A stretch of DNA of 64,000 bases from an uncultured Chlamydiae bacterium. Its GTDB lineage: Bacteria; Chlamydiota; Chlamydiia; Chlamydiales; Parachlamydiaceae. A model generated the notes under the pieces. That model searched no databases and had not been told where the DNA came from. It saw only the letters and a list, made by a program, of their open reading frames with translations. This document shows positions 20,588 through 28,844 of the stretch, one piece after another. Where the stretch lies: positions 1,088,001 through 1,152,000 of the forward strand of contig CAVWGN010000001.1 of the NCBI GenBank assembly GCA_963754655.1, given 5' to 3'. The stretch's first letter is position 1. The number at the start of each line of letters is the position of its first letter. The translations under genes and the position numbers were made by a program.

Positions 20588-22681
20588 CTATTCGATAAAG
20601 CCCAAAAATGTAACGATTAGATCAATGAGTTTTATACCAATAAAAGGGGCAACTAATCCTCCAAAGCCATAGATGAATAAATTGTGTTTTAGAAGCTGTT
20701 CAGCTGGTTGAGGACGGTATTTGACTCCTCGCAGCGCAAGAGGAATAAGAGCTATAATAATTAAAGCATTAAAAATGACTGCACTGAGAATAGCGCTTCT
20801 GGGAGAATGTAAATGCATAATATCTAAAATATGCAAGGGACCTTCTGATTGACCAGGCATAAGATATAAACTGCCAAAGAGAGCTGGAATAATGGCAAAA
20901 TATTTTGCTACGTCGTTGGCTATGCTAAAAGTCGTTAAGGCCCCACGCGTCATCAAAAGTTGTTTACCAATTTCTACAATCTCAATTAATTTAGTAGGAT
21001 TGCTATCTAAATCTACCATATTGCCAGCTTCTCGAGATGCTTGCGTCCCGGTATTCATGGCAACGCCTACATCTGCTTGGGCTAAAGCAGGAGCATCATT
21101 TGTTCCATCACCTGTCATGGCAATTAAATGACCGGCCTTTTGTTCCTCGCGAATGCGCTTGAGTTTAATTTCAGGAGTCGCTTGGGCTACATAATCATCT
21201 ACTCCAGCTTCGGCTGCAATTGCTGAAGCAGTCAAAGGATTATCGCCGGTAATCATGACCGTTTTAATGCCCATTTTACGCATTTCGGCAAAACGCTCTT
21301 GAATTCCCCCTTTAATGATATCCTTCAAATGGATGACTCCAAGAATTTTTTGATTATCCGTTACTAGAAGAGGGGTTCCGCCGCGCTTTGAAATAGGTTC
21401 AATTAATGCATTAAGCTGGACAGGAAAAGTCCCTCCCAAGCGTTCAATGTAATTTTTGATCGCTTCAGCAGCTCCCTTGCGAATGGAACGAGTAATTTGG
21501 CCTTGTTCATCTAGAAAATCAATGCCACTCATTCTTGTTTGGGCTGAAAAGGGAACGATTTGCGCACGCTGTGTATCAAGTGATTGCGCTCGCAGATTAA
21601 ATCTGTTTTTTGCTAAGACGACAATGGAGCGTCCCTCAGGTGTCTCGTCAGCTAAGGAGGAAAGCTGGGCAACTTGTGCTAATTCTTGTGCAGAAACATC
21701 CGCTATAGGCAAAAACTCTGTTGCCATGCGATTGCCTAAAGTGATGGTTCCTGTTTTATCAAGCAGTAATAAATCAATATCGCCTGCAGCTTCCACGGCA
21801 CGGCCACTTTTTGCAATAACATTGCGTTGAATGAGACGATCCATTCCTGCAATTCCAATGGCACTCAATAAAGCGCTAATCGTTGTGGGAATCAGGCACA
21901 CCAGCAGAGCGATTAAGACCGGTAGTGTCACAATTTGAGAAATATTGAAGTGAGTGACTGCCGCACTGTAATCAGCGAAAACTTTAATGGAAAATACGGT
22001 TAAGATGAAGATAATTGTTAGAGCGGATAAAACGATGTTAAGGGCAATTTCATTAGGCGTTTTTTTTCTTTCTGATCCTTCAATCAGTTCGATCATCCGA
22101 TCTAAAAAGCTATGCCCAGCTTCAGATGTCACGCGAATTAAGATGCGATCACTCACAATATGTGTTCCGGCTGTCACAGCGCTGCGATCTCCTCCGCTTT
22201 CCCGAATAACAGGAGCCGATTCTCCTGTAATAGCTGATTCATCTACTGTGGCAATCCCTTCAATGACTTCGCCATCAGCTGGAATAACATCACCTACTTC
22301 ACAAACAACACAATCCCCTTTATTTAATTCTGGTGCTGCTATCATCACTTCTTGACCCTTGACAATTTTTTTTGCCATATTTTCGGTTTGTGTTTTTCGC
22401 AAACTGGCTGCTTGAGCTTTGCCTCGACTTTCAGCAACAGCGCTTGCGAAATTGGCGAATAAAACAGTAAACCACAGCCAAAGAGTAATTTGAATATTGA
22501 ATGTGGCAAATTGTTGATGAAAGGGATGTATTAAGAGAAGGGTACAAAAAATTGCTCCTAAATAGGTGACAAACATGACAGGGTTTTTCCATTGTACCCT
22601 TGGATTAAGTTTGAAAACAGCATCTTTTAATGCCTCTAAAATGAGGTTTGTGTTTAAAATTCCTTTTCTGGCTTTTTTCAT
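20588..22681 (-). CDS. kdpB: K+-transporting ATPase subunit B
   Basis: [38 protein letters not shown]. Start moved to 22681 (AAGGA RBS). Confidence 0.97.
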   Translation of the reverse strand: MKKARKGILNTNLILEALKDAVFKLNPRVQWKNPVMFVTYLGAIFCTLLLIHPFHQQFATFNIQITLWLWFTVLFANFASAVAESRGKAQAASLRKTQTENMAKKIVKGQEVMIAAPELNKGDCVVCEVGDVIPADGEVIEGIATVDESAITGESAPVIRESGGDRSAVTAGTHIVSDRILIRVTSEAGHSFLDRMIELIEGSERKKTPNEIALNIVLSALTIIFILTVFSIKVFADYSAAVTHFNISQIVTLPVLIALLVCLIPTTISALLSAIGIAGMDRLIQRNVIAKSGRAVEAAGDIDLLLLDKTGTITLGNRMATEFLPIADVSAQELAQVAQLSSLADETPEGRSIVVLAKNRFNLRAQSLDTQRAQIVPFSAQTRMSGIDFLDEQGQITRSIRKGAAEAIKNYIERLGGTFPVQLNALIEPISKRGGTPLLVTDNQKILGVIHLKDIIKGGIQERFAEMRKMGIKTVMITGDNPLTASAIAAEAGVDDYVAQATPEIKLKRIREEQKAGHLIAMTGDGTNDAPALAQADVGVAMNTGTQASREAGNMVDLDSNPTKLIEIVEIGKQLLMTRGALTTFSIANDVAKYFAIIPALFGSLYLMPGQSEGPLHILDIMHLHSPRSAILSAVIFNALIIIALIPLALRGVKYRPQPAEQLLKHNLFIYGFGGLVAPFIGIKLIDLIVTFLGFIE

Positions 22682-22917
22682 AATTATCCTTTTAGTCTGA
22701 GGTTGACAAAAGATTGTCAAAGCCCTCACATGATTAAAAATTAACAATATAGAGTTCGTTAATCAAGAAAAATTTTGAATAAAAAAGAAGAAATTGGAAA
22801 ACCCATTAGGATCTGTCTGTAAATTGATCATATAGGGTTTAAAAAAATAAATTATGAATTGTTCATAATTTTAAAATTGTTTAAGATTTGTTGTTAATCT
22901 TATTCAATTCTTATAGT

Positions 22918-23481
22918 TAGTATTCAACCACATGAGCTTTTGCCTATTGGGACCGTTTCAAAGCCCCGGGGTTGAATTGGCGTAAGTGGGTCAATATTAG
23001 CAATATGGACCCAGTTACGCCAATTCAACCCGGGACTAGGGTGTTCATTTTGTGCAAAAAATGAGCTTATTTTTTACAATAATTGGCATAGTTAAATTGA
23101 AGGTCGCATATTTATGCCGTCCTTTCAGGACTCGATGTCTTTTTGATAGAACCCAGGCCTCCGCTTCGCTGCGACCTGCTGTAACATAACGGCCCTTCAG
23201 GCCTTAACAAAAAGATGATTTAGGGACTATAGAAGAGGGACTTAAACATCTCTTGTTAAGGCCTGAAGGGCCGTTATGTTACAGCCCAGGTCGCAGCGAA
23301 GCGGAGGCCTGGGTTCTATCAAAAAGACATCGAGTCCTGAAAGGACGGCATAAATATGCGACCTTCAATTTAACTATGCCAATTATTGTAAAAAATAAGC
23401 TCATTTTTTGCACAAAATGAACACCCTAGTCCCGGGGCTTTGAAGAGTCTAAATACACAAAACTAATGTGGTTGAGTACTA
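22918..23481. mobile_element. Nested palindromic element: outer TAGTA(C/T)TCAACCAC ends, small hairpin, inserted P1 copy 2
   Basis: Outer imperfect IR 22918-22970 / 23431-23481. Hairpin GTTGAATTGGCGTAA...TTACGCCAATTCAAC at 22971-23029. P1 arms 23039-23210 / 23253-23426 with GGGTGTTC ends. Confidence 0.9.
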
Positions 23482-23520
23482 GGCTTTTTATAATTGAATG
23501 TCAAAAATAAAAGAAAAAAT

Positions 23521-24459
23521 ATGAAAAAAATTGCTTGGCGTTTGTTTATTCTTAGTTTTGTGATCCTGTCCTTATATGGCTTAGGCCGTCTCTATTACCG
23601 CTTAACGGGAGGATTTACAGTGGCTAATATCACTTCTGATTTCTCCTTCCAGCCTCAGTGGACAGTACGTTCTTTAATGGCAAGTGAGCAGAAAGAAGTC
23701 AGTAAGGCTATTGATCAGCCTTACTATTACTTAAGCAAAGGTTGTCAATCCTATGTCTTTATCAGTCAGGATAAAGAATATGTGATTAAGTTTTTTAAAT
23801 ATCAACGTTATCGCTTACATCCTTGGTTTGCTTCCTTGCCTTCTTTGCCTGCCATCGTCAAGTATCGGCAAGAAAAACTGGAGAAAAAATGGAGTAAGCT
23901 TGATGGTTTTGTTCAAAGTTGGAAAGTGGCTTTTGAACATCTCAAAGATGAGACTGGACTTCTCTTTGTTCACCTCAATAAAACGACCCATTTGCAGAAG
24001 CAAATCATGATTTACGATAAAATTGGACTTAAGCATGTTGTTGAACTTGATCAAATGGAATTTTGTATTCAGCGTTGCGCACGCCTATTATGTGATACTC
24101 TTTTAGATTATAAAGCCAACGGTCATTTAGCTGAAGCTCAGCAACTCATTCACCAACTTCTCAATATGATTTTATCGGAATACGCCAGGGGATTGGCTGA
24201 TAATGATCATGCACTTATGCAAAATACAGGTGTGGCGCAAGGTAAGCCTGTACACATTGATGTAGGGCAGTTTATCTTTAATGAAGCCGTAAAACAACCT
24301 CAGGTTTTTCATCAAGAACTGTTTACGAAAACTTATAAGTTTAAGCTTTGGCTTCACGATAACTATCCTGAACTGGGTGGATATCTAGAAGAAGAGCTAC
24401 GCCAAATCATTGGATCAGAATACTCAACTATGAGACCTAGATGGCGTAACAAATACTAA
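23521..24459 (+). CDS. Hypothetical membrane-anchored protein, possibly kinase-like fold
   Basis: N-terminal TM; YLSKGCQSYVF...VIKFFK resembles a Gly-loop/VAIK; later DH...N and HIDVG. Confidence 0.6.
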   Translation: MKKIAWRLFILSFVILSLYGLGRLYYRLTGGFTVANITSDFSFQPQWTVRSLMASEQKEVSKAIDQPYYYLSKGCQSYVFISQDKEYVIKFFKYQRYRLHPWFASLPSLPAIVKYRQEKLEKKWSKLDGFVQSWKVAFEHLKDETGLLFVHLNKTTHLQKQIMIYDKIGLKHVVELDQMEFCIQRCARLLCDTLLDYKANGHLAEAQQLIHQLLNMILSEYARGLADNDHALMQNTGVAQGKPVHIDVGQFIFNEAVKQPQVFHQELFTKTYKFKLWLHDNYPELGGYLEEELRQIIGSEYSTMRPRWRNKY

Positions 24460-24538
24460 TGATCGCTATGATTTAATCAAAAATATCCTTTTTTCAAAGG
24501 AAATAATTTTTTTTGACTTCCTTAATTGATTTTGAAGA

Positions 24539-25522
24539 CTAATTTCTAAAATCTTGTACTTGCAGAATAATTTTGCCTTGAATATGTCCTTGGCGGTTTT
24601 TTTCTTGAGCTTCTGCTGCCTTTTCTAAAGGCATTTCTTGAATTTGGATAGGTTTGACTTTACCCGATTGAATAAGATCACCAATGTGTTGAAGTTGTTT
24701 GCCATTAGGAGATACAAAGACATACAAAACTTTGATATCAAATTTCTTTGCAAATGCCTGATCAGGTGGCTCTACAATGGAAACTAGACGCCCTCCTGGC
24801 TTAAGGAGAGAGTAACTTTCTTTTAAAACCTTACCTCCTAAAGTATCAAAAACAACGTCAAGGCCATTTGGAGCAAGTTTTTGAATTTCATTTTGCAATG
24901 CATAATTCTGATAATCGATCGTAATATCAGCCCCTAAGCTTTTAACATAAGCATGATTAGATTGTCTGGCAGTCGTGATCACATAGGCTCCAGCTAACTT
25001 AGCAAATTGAATGGCAAGGCTTCCGACTCCTCCAGCACCCGCTTGAATTAGAATAGTCTCTTCTTTTTTAAGGTTGGCTGCATCAAAAAGAGACTGCCAA
25101 GCTGTTAAGCCTGCTAAGGGAATGGCGGCTGCTTGAGCAAAGGAAAGATTATTAGGCTTAAAAGCTACCTCTTCTGCGGGATAACAAATATACTCTGCGT
25201 AAGTTCCTTCTTGAATAATTGATTTACGGCAATAGGCAAACACTTCATCACCAACTTTGAACTTTTTGACCTCTTGTCCTAAAGCTGCAATCACTCCAGA
25301 GGCATCCCAACCGGGAATAAGGGGAAAATGATGAGGCATTCGTTTTTCCAGAAGCCCGGTTCGAATTTTCCAATCCACAGGGTTAACGGCCGAACAGCAA
25401 ATTCGAATTTGGACTTCTCCTTGCTTTGGCATGGGAATGTCCAATCTTCCGATTTTTAGTTTTTCAGGACCGCCAAAATCTTCTATAAAAATTGCCTTCA
25501 TGGTTTTTTTTGTCTCTTCCAT
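24539..25522 (-). CDS. NADP-dependent (quinone) oxidoreductase, MDR family
   Basis: AVNPVDWK, PGWDASG, AGAGGVG, GKIIL. Confidence 0.9.
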   Translation of the reverse strand: MEETKKTMKAIFIEDFGGPEKLKIGRLDIPMPKQGEVQIRICCSAVNPVDWKIRTGLLEKRMPHHFPLIPGWDASGVIAALGQEVKKFKVGDEVFAYCRKSIIQEGTYAEYICYPAEEVAFKPNNLSFAQAAAIPLAGLTAWQSLFDAANLKKEETILIQAGAGGVGSLAIQFAKLAGAYVITTARQSNHAYVKSLGADITIDYQNYALQNEIQKLAPNGLDVVFDTLGGKVLKESYSLLKPGGRLVSIVEPPDQAFAKKFDIKVLYVFVSPNGKQLQHIGDLIQSGKVKPIQIQEMPLEKAAEAQEKNRQGHIQGKIILQVQDFRN

Positions 25523-25540
25523 CTAAGTTCTCCTTTTATT

Positions 25541-26020
25541 CTAACTTGGAATAGGAAGAAGCTGGCTTCTCAACATCCAAGCACTTTTTTCATGAGCGCG
25601 CAAAAGTTGGATTAAAAGGTCGGAAGTTCCTTCATCTCCTAATTTAGAGGTAAGTGCAATACGGTCTCTTAGAAAACGGCAAATGGATTCGTGGTCTTTT
25701 AAAAGATCCTCTAACATTTCATCTCCTATTAAATCTCCATTTGATTCTTTAAGTGAAGTGATATCTAAAAATTGTTTAAGACTGCCCGGAGCAATTTTAC
25801 CCAGTTTGCGAATGCGTTCTGCAATTTTATCGATAGCTTCTTCGAGTTTTTCATACTCATTTTCCAAAAACAAATGCAAAGAATAGAAGCGCGAATCGAT
25901 GATATTCCAATGAAAATTTTGTGTTTTGACGTAGAGAATATAAGTATCTGCTAAGAGCATGCTTAAATTTTGGGCGATTTGTTGACGGATATTGTCCGTA
26001 AGGCCAATATTAATTTCCAT
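25541..26020 (-). CDS. dps: Dps DNA-protecting ferritin-like protein
   Basis: NFHWNI...FYSLHLFLE...D.IAERIR...HEKSAWML. Confidence 0.93.
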   Translation of the reverse strand: MEINIGLTDNIRQQIAQNLSMLLADTYILYVKTQNFHWNIIDSRFYSLHLFLENEYEKLEEAIDKIAERIRKLGKIAPGSLKQFLDITSLKESNGDLIGDEMLEDLLKDHESICRFLRDRIALTSKLGDEGTSDLLIQLLRAHEKSAWMLRSQLLPIPS

Positions 26021-26043
26021 AAACTTCCCTTTTAGAACCTGGC

Positions 26044-26583
26044 TTAACTTAACTCTGGAGCTATAGGAAAATCAATTTTAGGATCAGTGATCAAGTTAAA
26101 ATAATTAGTAAACATATTCACCATGATGACTAAGATCACCTCTACGAGTTCGGCATCGCTGACTCCAGCAGCTTTCAAACTTGCGATATCTTGATTGGAA
26201 ACATGCCCTCTATTGTCCACTACCTGTTTGGTAAATTTTAAAATAGCATGATTTTTAGGATCTTGAGATTCAGCATGACGTGCTTTGACAATCTCTTGCT
26301 CACTCATTCCTGCTCCTTTAGCAAGCATCGTATGAGCAGATAAACAGTATTGGCAATGATTGGTTTGTCCCACAATAAGAGCAATTTGTTCTCGGAGTTT
26401 AGGTGACAAATTTGTCCGATTAGCCGCTTCGCTCAAATCTAAAAAGCCTTTTAAAGTCACTGCTGAATTTCCCATGTTTTGGAAAATATTGATGACTTTG
26501 CCCATTTTTTTTTGCAAGGCTTGATACAAATCTTGGACCTCTCCTTTGGCATCTTCTACGCTAACTGATTTCACTCTACTCAT
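26044..26583 (-). CDS. AhpD/CMD-family peroxidase-related protein
   Basis: REQIAL...NHCQYCLSAH; start probably MSRVK at 26583. Confidence 0.85.
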   Translation of the reverse strand: MSRVKSVSVEDAKGEVQDLYQALQKKMGKVINIFQNMGNSAVTLKGFLDLSEAANRTNLSPKLREQIALIVGQTNHCQYCLSAHTMLAKGAGMSEQEIVKARHAESQDPKNHAILKFTKQVVDNRGHVSNQDIASLKAAGVSDAELVEVILVIMVNMFTNYFNLITDPKIDFPIAPELS

Positions 26584-26602
26584 ATTTTTTTCTCCTTCAT
26601 TT

Positions 26603-27457
26603 TTAACCATTTATAATATCGCCTCCATTAGGATGCAAGACTTGCCCTGTGAGATAAGAAGAATCTCTTGAAGCTAAAAATACATAACAAGGAGCCACTT
26701 CATAGGGTTGACCAGCACGGCCCATAGGAGTATTAGAACCAAATTCAGAAACTTTTTTCTCATCAAAAGTAGAAGGAATCAAAGGGGTCCAAATAGGCCC
26801 TGGAGCCACTGCATTTACTCTAATTCCCTTTTTTACTAAGTTTCTAGATAGGGAACGAGTAAAGGCGACAATTGCTCCTTTTGTAGAGGAATAATCTAAC
26901 AGGGTAGGATTGCCTTTATAAGCCGTCACTGATGTTGTATTGATGATGACAGATCCTTCTTTCATATGGTTTAGAGCCGCTTTAACCAAATAAAAACAAG
27001 AAAAAATGTTGGTGCGGAAAGTGCGCTCAAGCTGCTCCTTGGTAATGTTTTGAATATCTTCTTGCGGATGTTGCTCAGCAGCTCCATTCAGAAGAATATC
27101 CAATCCACCTAATTCCTTAACTGTTTGTTCCACTGCTTTGTGGCAAAATTTTTCATCTCCTACGTCGCCTGAGATTAAAATACAGCGTCTACCTTGCTTT
27201 TCAACTTTATTCTTAGTTTCCTTTGCATCTTCATGCTCGTTTAAATAGATAATGGCGATATCAGCCCCTTCCTTTGCAAAAGCAATGGCAACTGCACGTC
27301 CAATCCCACTATCTCCACCAGTAATAAGTGCAATTTTTTGGGTTAGCTTATCGCTTCCTTTATATCCAATATCTTCATCTTGGGGTTTAGGGGTCATTTC
27401 CTTTTCCTTTCCAGGACGCTCGGTTTGTTTTTGAGGGGGAAATTGTTGTTTGGTCAT
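26603..27457 (-). CDS. General-stress SDR dehydrogenase (YdaD/YhxC-like)
   Basis: PPQKQ..PGKE, ITGGDSGIGRA, YSSTK, APGPIWTPLIP. Confidence 0.9.
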   Translation of the reverse strand: MTKQQFPPQKQTERPGKEKEMTPKPQDEDIGYKGSDKLTQKIALITGGDSGIGRAVAIAFAKEGADIAIIYLNEHEDAKETKNKVEKQGRRCILISGDVGDEKFCHKAVEQTVKELGGLDILLNGAAEQHPQEDIQNITKEQLERTFRTNIFSCFYLVKAALNHMKEGSVIINTTSVTAYKGNPTLLDYSSTKGAIVAFTRSLSRNLVKKGIRVNAVAPGPIWTPLIPSTFDEKKVSEFGSNTPMGRAGQPYEVAPCYVFLASRDSSYLTGQVLHPNGGDIING

Positions 27458-27530
27458 TAATGTCTCCGATAGTTTAAAGAAGAGCTGTGTCTCTAAGACA
27501 CAGCAAGCAAATTGATATAGGGTTCTTCAT

Positions 27531-28121
27531 TTAGCGATTTGTAGGCTTGCGCTTAGACGAAGTTGTTGCAGATGTCTCTGTATCTCTGGCTTTTTCGGCC
27601 TCTTCATTAATCCCGGTGCTAAAGAATCCGCCTTCAGCAAGATCTGTTAACTTTTCATCAGCTGCACTTTCTTCATCCAGTGTTTGCTGGAGCAAATCAG
27701 CAATTTCATCAAAATCAATTCGATCATCAAGACCAATGTCGTTTAAATGACGTGCTAAGGTGCGAGCAGAACCATAGCTTGAAATTTCATAGTGTTCTAC
27801 TTTTTGGCAGTCAATAATCGCGCAAGCATCTTTAACAGCAATAGGTAAATTTTGTTTTAAATCCTTTTCTCCTTCTTGAAAAATCGCTTGCATGGTCATA
27901 GAAGTTTTTCCTGTAGGATTTTCATTCAACATTTTAAAAATTTTCTTAAGTCGTTGAACTTGATTTTTTGTCTCGTCTAAGTGCTGAGAAAGAGCTTCTT
28001 TTAAGTCGGGATTTGAGACAGTTTGAATGACTTTGGGTAAATTCTGAACAATTTGATTTTCCGCATCAAAAAGATCTTTTAATAAATTTAAAAAAACATC
28101 AAAAAGTGGGCTTGGTTTCAT
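27531..28121 (-). CDS. YciF/DUF892 ferritin-like stress protein
   Basis: LKDLFDAENQ, HLDETKNQVQRL, QKVEHYEISSYG, TLDEE. Start 28121 with GGAGG RBS. Confidence 0.88.
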   Translation of the reverse strand: MKPSPLFDVFLNLLKDLFDAENQIVQNLPKVIQTVSNPDLKEALSQHLDETKNQVQRLKKIFKMLNENPTGKTSMTMQAIFQEGEKDLKQNLPIAVKDACAIIDCQKVEHYEISSYGSARTLARHLNDIGLDDRIDFDEIADLLQQTLDEESAADEKLTDLAEGGFFSTGINEEAEKARDTETSATTSSKRKPTNR

Positions 28122-28333
28122 GGGCTTACCTCCATTTAAAAAATTGTTTGCTGTATTTTTGACTTTACTCAAATCACTTGATTGCGGCAACTCTTTCTTA
28201 AGAATACAACATGATAGTAGTAGGCTAAAGAAAGAGTTTTTATTATTTAAGTATTTAATTATCAACCATCATTTATAAGAATCTCTTTTAAAAGCTAACT
28301 GAATTTAAAATAGAAGGAAAAGCATTCTAAAGT

Positions 28334-28708
28334 TCATTGCAAATATTTGCGGACAATGTTGATAAGATCATGAGGGAGGAAAGGTTTAGCCAGGAAATCA
28401 TTCAGACCTGCTTCTTGAGCCATTTCTTGAATGCCATGTATGGCGTGAGCCGTGAGAGCAATGATGGGGACCTGCTGATATTGAGGTTCTTTACGCAATA
28501 ATCGAGTCAGTTCCATACCATCTATATCAGGCAGAGATAAATCCATTAAAATTAAATCGGGTTGATGGATCTCACAATAGAGAAGAGCCTCATTTCCACG
28601 AGAAGCTATGATTGTTTTAAAGCCATAATAATTGAGAATTTTCTGTGCTAATAAGCTATTATCCTCATTATCTTCTATAATTAAAATTTTCTTAGGAACA
28701 TGATTCAT
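28334..28708 (-). CDS. Single-domain response regulator receiver
   Basis: ILIIED, ILMDLSLPDIDG, ALTA, KPF. Confidence 0.92.
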   Translation of the reverse strand: MNHVPKKILIIEDNEDNSLLAQKILNYYGFKTIIASRGNEALLYCEIHQPDLILMDLSLPDIDGMELTRLLRKEPQYQQVPIIALTAHAIHGIQEMAQEAGLNDFLAKPFLPHDLINIVRKYLQ

Positions 28709-28844
28709 GATTCATCTTCTTCTAATTGTCTGGTTAAGGAGGAGGCCTACATTGCTAAGCATTTGATTTAAATAATATTTTTGATGCTAAGGCCATTCTA
28801 TTTGCTCTGCCATATTTCCTCAATATGGTTTATCAATTTAAAGC

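Noticed and set aside
20892..22355. Several 79-124 aa plus-strand ORFs
   Set aside because: Antisense shadows of kdpB.
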